A DNA stretch of 64,000 bases. Source: Octopus vulgaris (Eukaryota). Position numbers and translations under genes: made by a program. Shown here one piece after another: positions 26,046 to 41,004 of the stretch; positions within the stretch are counted from its first letter, which is position 1; each line of letters begins with the position of its first letter. The stretch spans positions 171,616,001 to 171,680,000 of the forward strand of contig OX597814.1 of NCBI GenBank assembly GCA_951406725.2, given 5' to 3'. The notes beneath the pieces were generated by a model. That model made no database searches. It worked only from the letters and a program-made list of their open reading frames with translations, and had not been told where the DNA came from.

Positions 26046-26260
26046 TTTGTGTGTCTGTGTTTGTCCCCCAACATCGCTTGACAACCGATGCTGGTGTGTT
26101 TATGTCCTCGTAACTAAGCGGTTCGGCAAAAGAGACCGATAAAAATAAATCCTAGGCTTACAATGAATAAGTCCCGGGGTCGATTTGCTCGACTAAAGGC
26201 GGTGCTCCAGCATGGCCGCAGTCAAATGATTGAAACAAGTAAAAGAATAAAAGAATAATA
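25826..26260 (+). mobile_element. CORE-type SINE, full length, internal (TG)n
   Basis: Same head, core and tail as 9818-10213. Confidence 0.9.
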
Positions 26261-26269
26261 AACAGGATT

Positions 26270-26402
26270 ACTCCGCCGAAGTTGACTTTACCTTTCGTCA
26301 TTTTAGGGTCGATAAAATGAGTATCAGCTGAGCACTGGAGTCGATGTGGTCGACTTACCCCTTTCGTCTGAAATTGCTTGCTTTGTGTCAAAATTTGAAA
26401 TC
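26270..26402 (+). mobile_element. Meta-domain SINE, 3' part
   Basis: GACTTTACCTTTCGTCATTTTAGGGTCGATAAAATGAGTA. Confidence 0.65.
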
Positions 26403-26532
26403 AATATAATAAAAGATTTGTTATAGCGGCGCTGAAGAAAAAACGAAGTAGGACAGATGTCAGATGCCGGCATCCTACTGCCATAAAAAAAAGGTCGTGC
26501 CTCTTGGATTTGGTCGTTCTAAGTCGGACATT

Positions 26533-26855
26533 GTGGAGGCGCAATGGCCCAGTGGTTAGGGCAGCGGACTCGCGGTAGGAGGATCGCGATTTCGATTCCC
26601 AGACCGGGCGTTGTGTGTGTTTATTGAGCGAAAACACCTAAAGCTCCACGAGGCTCCCGCAGGGGGGTGGGGGTGGCGACCCCTGTTGTACTGTTTCGCC
26701 CCAACTTTCTCTCACTCTTTCTTCCTGTTTCTTGAGTAACGCTGCGATGGACTGGCGTCCCTTCCAGCTGGGGGGGAACACATACGCCACAGAAACCAGG
26801 AAATCGGGCCCATGAGCCTGGCTAGGCTTGAAAAGGGCGCATAATAAAATAAATA
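26533..26855 (+). mobile_element. SINE with family-A head and family-B-type tail
   Basis: Head matches 13527; tail is CTGCGATGGACTGGCGTCC..AAAAGGGCGCAT. TSD AAGTC(G/T)GACATT at 26521-26532 and 26856-26867. Confidence 0.88.
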
Positions 26856-26968
26856 AAGTCTGACATTAGTTATGTTTTCTTACATTTGAAAGTCGTTATA
26901 CCTTGAAATTCCACGTCAGAAAAGATACCTTTTGATATACACAATGAGCAATAACAACAGAAACAAAA

Positions 26969-27043
<75 letters not shown>

Positions 27044-27390
27044 ACTACTACTACTACTAGCACTTTCACTTCTACTTGATTATCGTCTTTTAAAGACAAT
27101 AAGGTTCGATTTGAAGGAAATTGGGGAGTTATTTCTAGCAGACCAAGTGACCATATGAAGGCTCCCTCATGGGTTGGGTTGTCAGTATTATTAATACACA
27201 AGAGTCAATATAAAGTCATTCTATCGCAATAAAAAAAAGACAAAAGACAAAAGCAAAAACAAAAATAAACACAGCACTGTGGAAAAACTAAATACGACGT
27301 TCATAAAGAGTTAAGCCCAGCGCGTAAACATAAAAATGATAAGTCTAATTTCTGACTCGACTTCGTTGAACCAGATTAGAAAACGCCCTG

Positions 27391-27485
<95 letters not shown>

Positions 27486-27599
27486 AACTATCTAAAATAC
27501 TTCAAGATTACCGCAAAAGGTCTTTATTTCATTATATTTTATATTACTTTATTTCATGTTTTTGTCTTTGCCTTTATTTTATATCTATGTTTGTTGCGA

Positions 27600-27610
27600 C
27601 CATCGTCATC

Positions 27611-27644
<34 letters not shown>

Positions 27645-27668
27645 TTGTTATTATTACTATTATTATTA

Positions 27669-27709
<41 letters not shown>

Positions 27710-27725
27710 GTTGTTGTTGTTGTTG

Positions 27726-27785
<60 letters not shown>

Positions 27786-27810
27786 GTAGTAGTAGTAGTA
27801 GAAGTAGTAG
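27600..27810. repeat. (CAT)/(CAC)/(TTA)/(TTG)/(TAG) trinucleotide block
   Basis: Visible tracts. Confidence 0.9.
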
Positions 27811-28599
27811 TATTTTAGTATTTTGTATTTTTTTATAGCCCAACAAAATAGAAGATCGGAAAACAAAGCTATAACAAATAAAAGCAAAATCCAAAATGGC
27901 ACATACAAAAGAAAAGGTAAGATATATATATATAAAAAAAATCAAGAAACAAAACAAAATGAAATGAAAAATCCCATATCAATCCCCCCACCACCCCCAC
28001 CAAATATTTTCGGGTTTAAGAGACGAAAGAAAGGTGAAAGACGAATAGAGATAAGACAAATAGAAATCAGCTTGTAGATTTTTATGAATTTAGAATTTAA
28101 GTTTCGAGTTTCGACTTGAAATAATAGAAGTTACAAAAACACAGTCAGGTGTACAAGTTTTACGTTATTTAGTTGTCGCCGACTACTTTCGTTGGCTGAA
28201 ACTTTGAAGGCGGTGTCCCTGCATGGCCACAATACAGTGACTTATCACAAGTGAAAGGTAGAAGATATCTATAAATTTTCAGTTAGTCAAAATGGCGAAC
28301 AAATGACAAAATTAGTTAAATTGTTATTCGTAAAAATAAGGCAAGCTGTACTGTAAGAAGATCGCCTTGGTAGTACATGAACCAAGTTTCAGATGATCAC
28401 TTATGACATAAGTACAAGACAAAGGTTTATGGGTATATTCCATTCCTTCTGTACCGTTTTTGTTCAATGTGCTGAAGCCCCAGGCCATATCAGGTTACAT
28501 TTTAGAGACTTCCGTGCCAGACAAAGAACAAAGGATACTCGGTTATATTGATTCTATTAGCAGAGACACAAACGTGAAATAGTCCAGTCAGATGGCACG

Positions 28600-29153
28600 A
28601 CCAGTGAACTAGCAAACTATAAGAGGGATAGACCAAGATGCCAGCAGTCTATCAGATAGATAGATCGACATATCAGTGAATTATCACATGGGTACTACAA
28701 CATACAAACGAATTATTCAATAGACACACCAGCTTACCAATGAATTATGTGATGGATAGATCGATATATGAATGATCTAAGGGTAGACCAGTAAACTAAC
28801 GAACTATAAGAGGGATAGACCAAGATGCCAATTGTCCATCAGATGGATAGATCGACATATCAGTGAATTATCGCATGGATACTACAACATGCCAACGAAT
28901 TATTCAGTGGATACATCAGGTTACCAACGAAATACCTGATGGATAGACCGATATATGAATGACCTAAGGGTAGACCAGTAAACTAACGAACTATAAGAGG
29001 GATAGACCAAGATGCCAGTAGTCTATCAGATAGATAGACCGACATGTCAGTGAATTATCGCATGGGTACTACAACATGCCAACGAATTATTCAGTGGATA
29101 CACCAGGTTACCAACGAAATACCTGATGGATAGACCGATATATGAATGACCTA
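28600..29153. repeat. Tandem repeat, 3 x 187 bp
   Basis: ACCAGT(G/A)AACTA..CTATAAGAGGGATAGACCAAGATGCCA starts at 28600, 28787 and 28974. Confidence 0.9.
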
Positions 29154-29459
29154 TGAGATGGAAAGACTAATGTATCAAAAAACTGCCAGGTGAATAGACA
29201 GCTGTAGCAATGAATAATCAAACGATTGATCAAATTGCCAAAAAACAATCGAAGAGATAGATCAACGTGCCAATGAGCTATTAGACGGTTGGGCCAAAAT
29301 ACCAAGGAACTTTTAGATGGATAAACCAATGTACCAGCACACTACCAGAAGGATACACCGACATATCAATGGAGGAGAGTGATGTAGAAAATTAATGCCA
29401 ATTGAATAAATTATCAGCGTGCAAATATATACTGATAGAGAAATACGCCGTATATCGAT

Positions 29460-29910
29460 GATAATGCTGACGATGTTGCTAATGATAATGTTGATGATGA
29501 TGGTGATGACAGAGATGTTGGTATGGGAGGTGATGCTGATGATGCTACTGCTGTTACAGCTACTGAGCATGATGATAATGATGATGATGAAGATGATGAT
29601 GATGATGATACTGAAAATATTTGAGGTGACAGTCATGATAGTGTTGATGCTAATGCTAATGAAGCTTAAACACGGTGAATACAATGATGTGGAATGCCAA
29701 CAACCACCAAACCAATGCTGCTGCTGCTGCTGCTGCTGCTGTTACTAGTGATGGTGGTGGTGGTGGTGGTGGTGGCGGCGGGTGGTGGTGGGGTAAGGGT
29801 TGTTATGATGCTGATGATGCCAACTTCAATCACGGTCATTATCATAATTATCAAAATCATAATCAGCATCCCCTACCACCACCACCACCACCACCACCAC
29901 CACCACCACC
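29460..29910. repeat. Low-complexity (GAT)/(CTG)/(GGT)/(ACC) repeats
   Basis: Visible tracts. Confidence 0.85.
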
Positions 29911-30319
29911 GCTACTACATATCATCTCGATCTGATGAATGTAAGTCTCTGAAGAGTCGGAAATGGGATTGTAATCGCGGTGGTAGATGTAGGAGTGGTA
30001 CTGGGGAGCCACCAGTGTTGGTGGGAGGTTGTATGACATTGGAGAGAGAGGGGGTGCCGAGGGTACATTTCAGAGTCGGGTGTGAGGGTGGGGGTGTTGG
30101 AACTCCCCCCTAAATATTCAACAACTACCCACACACCCACCCAGCCAGCCAAACATCTAAAAGTGACAACAGTAACAAGAAAGCAATTTCACTCCCACCC
30201 TCTGTTCAAAAGAAAATTCTCCAATGACAAGAAAAGTCAATGAGGAAAATGGAGACGGTGTCTAGAAGGTGTGATGAATATAATTATATGATAATGACTA
30301 TACATCTCTATGTGCGTGA

Positions 30320-30418
<99 letters not shown>

Positions 30419-30831
30419 TATATACATATATATATATACATATATATATACATACGCATGTATGTATATATGTATACATATATGTTTGTATATATATATA
30501 TATATATATATGTCTGTGTATGTGTGTGTGTGTTGTGTGTGTGTGTGTGTGAGTGTGTTTATATGTATATGAGCATGTGTGCAAGTGTATATGTATGTGT
30601 GTGTAGAAATTTATATATCTATATACCTCTCAGTTTCTCTCACGCTCTCCTTCCTCTATCTCTTTCTCTATATATATATATATATATGCATATATATATA
30701 TATATGCATATATATATGTATATATAAATACACACACATATGTATATGTATGTATGTATGTTTGCATATGTATATATATGCATATATACATATATGTTTA
30801 TATATATGTATGCATGTGTGTGTGTGTGTGC

Positions 30832-30870
<39 letters not shown>

Positions 30871-30988
30871 TAAGTGTGCGTATGTGTGTGTGTGTATGCA
30901 AAATACACAAAACGAATCTAAATTAAAATGATTAAGATGAAAAAATAAAACAAAGTACCCCCTTCCTCTTCCTCTCCATCATACACAC

Positions 30989-31032
<44 letters not shown>

Positions 31033-31541
31033 ACACACACACACACATATTATCCAAGATATAATAGAGGCAAAAAATGTTTGACAATCAATTCAGAGAT
31101 GTTTTCTTATGTTTGATAACGCTTGCAATTAAAGAAATGGGAAACCATATTTAAAATCATTAAAAGCTTTCAAAATGTCAATTTTAATTAAATTGGCGTG
31201 CTTTTGTGAAGAGAAGAGAAGAAAAAAAATAAACAACATTAATGCTCCTCCTTATATACTCAGTCGGAAGGCAAGACGTTCTCATCCACCCTCGTATACA
31301 CACATACATACATACATACATACATACACATGAACATAACACTATTGAGATAAAAACACACATACAAACATACACACGCATACTGCTGGCTGCATACTCG
31401 CACTTACTGACACAGCCAAGCGTTCAGACAGACATATCTAGCATACATATAGACATAGATGGATAGATATACTTCATGGGCTCATGCAAACACACATGCA
31501 CGCATACAGACGCAAAATACACAGATATACATACACACACA

Positions 31542-31601
<60 letters not shown>

Positions 31602-31698
31602 GTGTATGTAAATACACACACACAAGCACATACACACACACACACACAACACACATACATATATGTACACACACACGTGTATATATATATATGCATAC

Positions 31699-31789
<91 letters not shown>

Positions 31790-31790
31790 A

Positions 31791-31842
<52 letters not shown>

Positions 31843-31844
31843 AT

Positions 31845-31901
<57 letters not shown>

Positions 31902-32090
31902 GACACACATATAGGCAGACAAACATAGAAAATATGCTGATATATATACACACCTAAATCCAGAAAAGGACATACATACATGCAGACATGCATGCATACA
32001 TGCATACATAGATGCACACGCACACACACACACGCACACACAACCATGCATTCATACAAGCATACATACATACATACATACATGCAGACA
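30320..32090. repeat. Extended microsatellite-rich block: (TA)n, (CA)n, (TCTA)n, (TACA)n
   Basis: Visible tracts with short unique spacers. Confidence 0.9.
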
Positions 32091-32507
32091 AACATTCACA
32101 CGAAGACATAATGAAGTAGACAAAACAAACAAACATTTAAAAAAAAAACAGAAACAAAACAATATCGAAAACGCTGTACAGCATCTTGGTGAAACCTCAT
32201 GGAGTGAATAAGGTCCATTACAGTGTAGTTAAGGATGTCAAGAGATTAGAATTAATTATTATAGTTAACAGCTGGCATACAGCGAGTGACGTGTTATGGA
32301 GAAGACATAGAGGTTGGTGGATATATGGGTAGATGTATGTGTATATGTGTGAGTGTGTGTTTATGTGTGTTTGTGTCTGTGTGTGCATCTTTGTGTATGT
32401 ATACATATATATATATACATACATGCATAGATATATATAATGTATATATGTACATATTTAAGCACACATACAAATATATTATATGTATTATATATATGAT
32501 AATATCA

Positions 32508-32662
32508 ATGTGGCTGTATGGTAAGCAGCTTGCTTACCAACAACATGGTTCCGTGTTCATTCCCACTGCGTGGCACCTTGGGCAAGTATCTTCCACTATA
32601 GCCTTGGGCTGACCAAAGCCTTGTGAGTGGATTTGGTAGACAGTAACTGAAAGAAGCCTGTC

Positions 32663-32702
<40 letters not shown>

Positions 32703-32933
32703 GTGTGTGTGTGTGTGTATATATGTTTGTGTGTCTGTGTTTGTCCCCCAACATCGCTTGACAACCGATGGTGGTGTGTTTACGTCCCCATGACTTAGAT
32801 GTTCGGCAAAAGGGGTCGATAGAATAAGAACTAGGCTTACAAAGAATAAGTCCTGGGGTAGAATTGCTCGTCTAAAGGTGGAGTTCCAGCATGCCTGCAG
32901 TTAAATGACTGAAACAAGTAAAAGAGTAAAAGA
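32508..32933 (+). mobile_element. CORE-type SINE, full length
   Basis: Same family as 9818, with internal (TA)n(TG)n. Confidence 0.9.
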
Positions 32934-33139
32934 TATATATATATATATATATATATATAATCTAACTGTTTATACAGTTACAAAAGTCGGAGTGCGTGGC
33001 GTTCAGTTACTCAATAAATGAAAAATGCATTAAATACTACAAAATGTACACAGATAAGCAATATGAATATGTAATATACAAATATGCAATATATGTATGC
33101 GTGTATAATTACATAATTATACTATTTCGCTATCCATCC

Positions 33140-33241
<102 letters not shown>

Positions 33242-33282
33242 ACGTCTGTCTGTTTGTGTGTATATATAGTTTGTCTGTACAT

Positions 33283-33329
<47 letters not shown>

Positions 33330-33382
33330 CTAAGTGTTAACAAAGTCGGGGTACGTATATGTGTATATATGTATATATGTGC

Positions 33383-33424
<42 letters not shown>

Positions 33425-33565
33425 TTATATATATATATATATATATACACATACTTGGAAAAGTGACGTTCGAACATATAATAATATAAATGATATATAA
33501 ATATATGCATATATACATACATATATGTACATACCTACATCTATATGTATATATACATGCATATA

Positions 33566-34180
33566 TGGGTACAGGACATCAGAAAGACGTTGAACGCAAT
33601 GAGAAACGAAAACACGAAGACAAAAACATGGAAACGAACATGTTTTCAAACAACGAAATAACAGAGTACAAGATATACAACACAAGGAATATTCCCCTTC
33701 TTCAGTTGTCTCTGTTTCGTTTACTCCGCGTACCGAAGGTAAGGACAAGACGCGACTTCGTTGAAACAGTCCTTTCCGCAAAGCAAATTAAATAAAATTT
33801 GGGTTTTTTTGCTGAGGGGTAAAAGTGGTAACAAGAACAGGACAGTAAGTAGAAAACAAGACAGTAAAAGCCAGAACAAAGAGAATAACACAGTAATAAC
33901 CAAACGATTAGGTTTATTAAGTCAAGACGATGGAAAAATTTTTCTGGACGTTTAAGGACCTTATGGGGGAGACAGGATAAGCGGTCTGATCTTGGTGAAG
34001 ATAGCAGTTGGAAAAAAAAGAAAAAGAAAGATGAAGTCAGGTGGTGTAGACAACAAACAGATGTACTAGTATAACGCTCGGGAAGGGAAAAAGTCTTTAA
34101 CGTTTCGAGCCTACGCTCTTCCACAGAAAAGAACCAAAAAAAGAAATAAGGAGAGAAAATAAAGAATGTGTAGTGGCTAG

Positions 34181-34182
<2 letters not shown>
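33566..34182 (-). mobile_element. Penelope pseudo-LTR-like remnants with a hammerhead-like motif at 34095-34131
   Basis: Minus strand CTTTT-CTGTGGA-AGAGC GTAG GCTC-GAAACGTT-AAAG has the same architecture as the 47085 motif, with a variant core. Flanked by (TA)n. Confidence 0.5.
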
Positions 34183-34218
<36 letters not shown>

Positions 34219-34402
34219 CGGACTCATCCATCGGAGACGACGTTTGAGTGTTCAGCTTTTGGTGAACGACCTGTACAAATGATTTGTTTATACTGATCAA
34301 ATGTATGTACTATTTATTAGCTCGTTCAGTCCATCAAATCGACGTTACCTGAGCAATTTATCGTGGCTGTCTTCCTAGAATGCTCAATACTATGTAATAT
34401 GG

Positions 34403-34948
34403 CTTGAGAGATCCCCTCATGTAAGCACTTGGTGCATAAAAGCATACACATAGGTTGTAGCAGACGCATCGCCTGCCATGGGCGCTGGAGATCCATATTA
34501 CGTGATTTCATTCAAATGGAAGTCATAACTGAGTGGCATCTAGTCATATCTATGTGAGTGGTATCTAGTCGTATACATCTAAATATATAGTGAGTGGTAT
34601 CTAGTCGTATACATCTAAATATATAGTGAGTAGTATCTAGGCATGTGTATCTAGATATATAGAATATCAGCATCGTTTTAGACGCTGATGTTACAAATAA
34701 CCAGCTGACATATTACAAATTAATTATTAGCAACGGAAGCAATATTATACAAAAAGGTAATCGATATATCCAACTGATATTCTATATATCGTAGCTGCGA
34801 GATTTGACGGGTATACTGTCACCGGACGTCTCCCACTGATGACTTACAGAAGAATGAATTCCAGTGCCCATGGCAAACGATTCTTGTCTGCTACAATCCA
34901 TGTGTGTGCTTTTATGCGCCAAGTATTTATATGGGAGGCTCTCTTAAG
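34403..34948. mobile_element. Inverted-repeat element (~90-bp arms) with an internal 36-bp tandem repeat
   Basis: CTTGGTGCATAAAAGCATACACATAGGTTGTAGCAGAC..GCCATGGGCGCTGG pairs with its reverse complement at 34861-34925. GAGTGGTATCTAGTCGTATACATCTAAATATATAGT is repeated at 34556-34660. Confidence 0.7.
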
Positions 34949-35043
34949 GTAAATGCTTGTCCTGTACTTTCCCAGGTGTAATAACTTGTCCTGCACTTTT
35001 CCATGTTTAATAACTTAACAATATTAACCTGCATGTGTCTACA

Positions 35044-35478
<435 letters not shown>

Positions 35479-35817
35479 ATATATATATATATGTGTGTGT
35501 GTGTGTCTTACCTCTATTAGGTAAGCACAAGTAGTGCTGATGAACTCGGTACTGGTTTCGAAATTAGCGCCAAATAGGTGCCTGTTTCTCTTCAGCTAAA
35601 GTCTGTCAACTAACCACTAATAAAACTTTTCCCCTACCATGCCTGCAAGTGTTCTTTTGAAGCGACCAAACACTATTTAAAGAATCGAAACGCGTGAAAT
35701 TATTTATAAATAAATATATGAGGGATGATATTATTAAAATACCATCTCGAGTGGCAAGCGTATTATCAGATATACAGGCAAATGAATACAATATATACAT
35801 ACAATATAAGATATGCA

Positions 35818-35891
<74 letters not shown>

Positions 35892-36738
35892 CGAGGGCCC
35901 TACATGATCAATAAGTAACCGCATTGTTTCCATAGTAACGAAGCTAAAGCACGCCGAGTAAAGCTGCTCAGTACAGATTGACCTTGAACCTTACTGTAGC
36001 TCTCTCTGTTTACAGCAGTGCTTGGAAAGAAGGTGTAATGTGTGATCGTTGCATTGACAATGACAAAGTTGTCATGGCGATATCTGCTGAGAGGCCTATG
36101 AAAAGTTGCACAAAGAGTATGGAGACCAGTGTTTGAGCCGCACACACGTGAGTGAGTGGTTCAGAAGTTTCAAAGGTGGCCGAAAACAATTTCGATATTG
36201 ATGAACGTTCTGGGAAACCCGCAACCAGCAGAACTCAGAAAAACATCGCAGATGTGCGTTCAGCTGTGAGGGGAAATCGTCGAATAACTATCCGTGAGGT
36301 ATCAGCAGATGAGCTGATTAGTTAAGGTTCAGTTTAGTCCATTATCACTGAAGATTTGGATATAAGACCTGTGTCTGCAAACTTTGTGCCCAAACCGCTT
36401 TCAGCTGACTGAAAAGACACTAGGGTTTCTGTTGTGTCTAGAATTATGAAAACTTTTTTCAAATCTTTGCGTAGCCCTTTGAGCAGGTATCACCAAGCTT
36501 TTGGAAAAATTTGATGCATTTTCTCTGCTCAACTTTCTCTGTCATAGTCAGTGCGACGATCACACGCTACACACGTTCCTTCTAAGAACTGCTATATACA
36601 GCGGAAGTGATCTACAACGCTAAAACTAAGTGCACATACACAGCAGATTTCAAGGTCAATTTACGCCAAATAGCTTTACTCTGCGTGATTTAGCTTCGTT
36701 ACCATAACAACAGTCCGGATACTTATTGATCAGACCTA
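35892..36738 (+). mobile_element. Non-autonomous mariner foldback derivative, copy 2
   Basis: Collinear with 16615-17598, including the same inversion junction. TIR ..GTCCGGATACTTATTGATCAGACCT. Confidence 0.85.
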
Positions 36739-36755
36739 ATATATATCTATATCTA

Positions 36756-36903
<148 letters not shown>

Positions 36904-36914
36904 CATACATACAC

Positions 36915-36947
<33 letters not shown>

Positions 36948-36985
36948 CATATATATGTATGTGTGTGTATATATATATTTTTTTC

Positions 36986-37640
36986 CCTCCTTTGTACGGC
37001 CACACCTTGAATACTGCTGCCCACTGTGGTCTCCTCACACAAGACAAAACATCTCCAGAATTGAGTCACCCCAGAGGGCTCTCACTAAACAAATTGAAGG
37101 CATGGCTGCTCTCGATTATTGGGATCGCCTTAAAGCTTTGAAATTTTACTCCCTCCAGCGTCGCCGTGAGCGGTACATCATTTGTACGATGTGGAAAATA
37201 TACCGCCAACTTTGCCCAAACGACCTAAACATTAGCTTCAAGGTTCATCCAAGACTTGGACCACGGGCTATACGTCCCCTGCCCAATTCAAGATCACAAC
37301 ATACATGTACACTGCAACATAATTTCTTTTCCTCAACAGGCCCTGCCCTATTTAACATTGTCCCGAGGGAGATCAAAGAGGAAAAGGATCCCATCAACTT
37401 TAAACAGAGTCTGGATAGATTCCTTCAAAGAATACCAGATAAGCCACCCATAATTGGATACAACTCACCCAACAAGATCTCACTACTTGAACAAAACTGG
37501 ATACAACTCACCCAACAAGAACTCACTACTTGAACAAAGCTTGACTTAAACAAAACTTGACTTAAACAGGATTCGAATAATCCTATCAGGTGGTGCTATT
37601 AAGTTAGACATGGCCTGGACCAATCTTTGGTCGAAACATA
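36986..37640 (+). mobile_element. 5'-truncated CR1-group LINE (RT C-terminus plus 3' UTR)
   Basis: Open frame [65 protein letters not shown] up to the stop at 37533. The 3' end is a tandem TCTAAGTTTA followed by (TA)n. Confidence 0.9.
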
Positions 37641-37654
37641 TCTAAGTTTATCTA

Positions 37655-37718
<64 letters not shown>

Positions 37719-37721
<3 letters not shown>

Positions 37722-37962
37722 TTTACTTGTTTCAGTTTTTATATTCCGGCCATGCTGGGGTACTACCTTGGGTTTTTAGTCGAATGAATCGACCCCAGCA
37801 AACACACACACACACACACACACACATACAACGGGTTTCTTTCAGCTTCCGTTGACCAAATTCACTCACAAGGCGATAATAGCTGCTCATGGTTCCACGC
37901 AGTTGAACTGAACCCGGAACCATGTTGTTGAGAAGCAAACTTATTTCCACACCGCCACGTGC
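37719..37962 (-). mobile_element. CORE-type SINE, internally deleted
   Basis: CTTTTACTTGTTTCAG..CGGCCATGCTGG..GAACCCGGAACCATG. Confidence 0.7.
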
Positions 37963-38199
37963 GTTTGAGTTGACTGAGTGGATTGGAGCCACGCGAGATA
38001 TATGCATCACTCATGGACACAACGGGTTGCCGGGAATCGAACTCACATCCTCACGATCGTGAGCGGAATACCCCAACCACATGCTTCATTGTGGATGTTT
38101 ATTTCTTTCATACCTTCTATATGATGCATCCTCTGTTGCCACATATGTGCAGAAGAGTGTAGGTTCCTAACAGTATTAAAAAGCCATATTCATGCTACC

Positions 38200-39295
38200 C
38201 CTGATTAGAGAACAATCAAACGATGGCATTGTTCGAAATCGAATTCCATGTACCAAACTAGAAGTATCTCAGAATCGATGCGAATATCGCACTCGCTGGA
38301 GCTGTGAATAAAGCCAGAATATAAGAGTACTGTAGATTCCTTGAAATATGGAACTCAAACCTGTGTACAGTTAAAAAGACCATATCTCACAATGCTTTTG
38401 CAGCTAGTGCTAGTTCCAACATTTGGGATATTGGACTGGACAGTTGACAATATCCACTGCCTGGATATCAAAACGAGATCGGTACTGACCACCACTGGCA
38501 ATTTCTAAAATAACTATTTCTTTACTACCCACAAGGGGCTAAACACAGAGAGGACAAACAAGGACAGACAAACGGATTAAGTCCATTATATCGACCCCAG
38601 TGCGTAACTGGTACTTATTTAATCGACCCCGAAAGGATGAAAGGCAAAGTCGACCTCGGCGGAATTTGAACTCAGAACGTAACGGCAGATGAAATACGGT
38701 TACGCATTTCGCCCGGCGTGCTAACGTTTGACACCGATAAGATCTATGCGAGACGAAGTGATGGCGGCAGAGGCATAAGGTCTGTCCAAATAACCTTTGT
38801 CGCAATGTATCACTCAGACAACACCTACTGAAAAGTAAAGAAGGCATCCATGCATACTCAAAAGTAAGAGCAATAGCATATTAAGAATCGGAGAACTACT
38901 GGGTAACTGCTCTGAGAATACAAATGTCTAATGGGATCCAAAGCAAGCTGAACTGGCTAACCTAAACAAAGGCTCGGAGGAGATGTAGCCATCATACCAG
39001 CAAAAAGCAATGTATGGGTACATATCCCGTTGGCTAGAGGATAACAACAGCATTGACAGAAAGAATAGCCTTTCCTGGACCTGTGATAGAGACATTGCAT
39101 TCCAAATAAAAGGATAGGTTTTTCGCTATCCAGGAACAGGAGATTGCTACTTAATACCTGATAAACAAGACAGACAATGATACTACAAACCACTACGTCG
39201 TGATAGAAAATGTCAGCTGTTATACCAGTGTGGAAGATATCCACATCATCATCAGCTGCTCCAAAATGTCTACGAGATATTACCTGCCCGTGATA
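38200..39295 (+). pseudogene. R4/Dong-type (restriction-like endonuclease clade) non-LTR retrotransposon fragment
   Basis: VLVPTFGILDWTVDNIHCLDIKTRSVLTTTGNF, then DTDKIYARRSDGGRGI, YQQKAMYGYI..IDRKNSLSW..FAIQEQEIAT and a degenerate C-X2-C..H..C zinc knuckle. Contains stops and frameshifts, and is split by a SINE. Confidence 0.8.
38515..38729 (-). mobile_element. Meta-domain SINE inserted in the R4/Dong-like LINE
   Basis: Reverse complement of the 1369-1602 family. Confidence 0.9.
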
Positions 39296-39367
39296 AGGGT
39301 AAAATATCCAATTTTTCTGCTATTTTCACGGTTATATTGCATTCAAAATTTACCTTCTTGTCTGTAA

Positions 39368-39482
<115 letters not shown>

Positions 39483-39511
39483 ATTATATATACATTATAT
39501 ATATATATATT

Positions 39512-39554
<43 letters not shown>

Positions 39555-40291
39555 TATATATATACATATATATATACCTATCTATCTATCCTTCTTTCCC
39601 TCCCTACACACACACACACATCTATATGCATATACATATGCGCATGTTTGTGTATACACACTACGTATAGCTGTAAAGATACACATGCGAAAGTATACTA
39701 CATAGGTAAAGAATTGAAAGAGAAAAAGTTTGTTGCAGAGTAGCAACAGCAGCAGCAGCAGCAGCAGCATTACCAGCAGCAGCAGCAGCAGCAGCAGCAT
39801 TACCAGCAACAGCAGCAGTAGCAACGGTAGTATAAACTAAACCGAAAGTGAAAGTTAGAAATCTTTTCTGTCAGGCTGGAATATTGAGTGAAATGAAGCA
39901 ATTTACCTGACCTCGCTAACTCAGACACTAACTCACTCACTCATCCAGTCGCACAATCATCCGCTACCTCACTCACACCATCACTGCCTTTCTTTCCTTG
40001 CTTTCTTCGTTTTCTTCTTTCTTGCCATCCTTAGTTCTTGCTTACTTCGTCCCCTCCATCACACACTTGCCTTTCACCCACTATCTGTCATTTTCTCACT
40101 ATGTTACTGAATCGTTCATTCGCTGATCGCATCAGGGAAATACATACACACACAGACAGAAATATACATCCCCATTTACGCTTATATAGACATATCTACA
40201 TACATATATATACCATACACAGACATATACACTCTGGTACACACGAATATGCATATATATATATATGTGTGTGTGTATATGTATATGCCTA

Positions 40292-40371
<80 letters not shown>

Positions 40372-40485
40372 TGTGTGTGTTTATAAGTACGTGTCTGTGT
40401 GAATATATATATATATACACACACACACATATATATATATATACATATATATATGTATGTATACATATATATACATATATATATG

Positions 40486-40559
<74 letters not shown>

Positions 40560-40931
40560 ATATGTCTATATGTATATATGTATATATATATGTGTGTGTG
40601 TATAAGTATGTGTCTGTATATATATATATATATATATATATGTAAAAACCTTTGTTCAGTGACTTGTGCTGTGCCAATGTTACGCCATGCGAAATAAGAC
40701 TTCTTGATATTCACGAAACTAACCACATTAAATTGTGCCAGTGACTGTTGTGCGTAAGCTAGGTGTCTATGTTTGGATGTATGCGTGTATGTTCATACCT
40801 GTGTGAATGTGATTTTGTGTGTATGTGTACGTATTCACGTACACACATCACATACGCATTCATACATTACTCTATATCTACGTGTTTGTATATATCCGTA
40901 CATAAGTACGAACATATATAGAATTACACAT

Positions 40932-41004
<73 letters not shown>

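Noticed and set aside
28600-29153. CRISPR-like array
   Set aside because: The whole units repeat with no unique spacers, there are no cas genes, and the context is eukaryotic.
29675-30152. Poly-A/G/P/H ORFs and a GTAAGT donor at 29941 suggesting a transcription-factor exon
   Set aside because: The sequence is trinucleotide low complexity, open in several frames, with no recognisable domain or partner exons.
35533-35572. CTGATGA..GAAA hammerhead-like motif (similar weak motifs at ~40-85, ~20885-20930 and ~33722-33770)
   Set aside because: Stems I and II do not pair convincingly or core bases are missing; these are at most decayed remnants.
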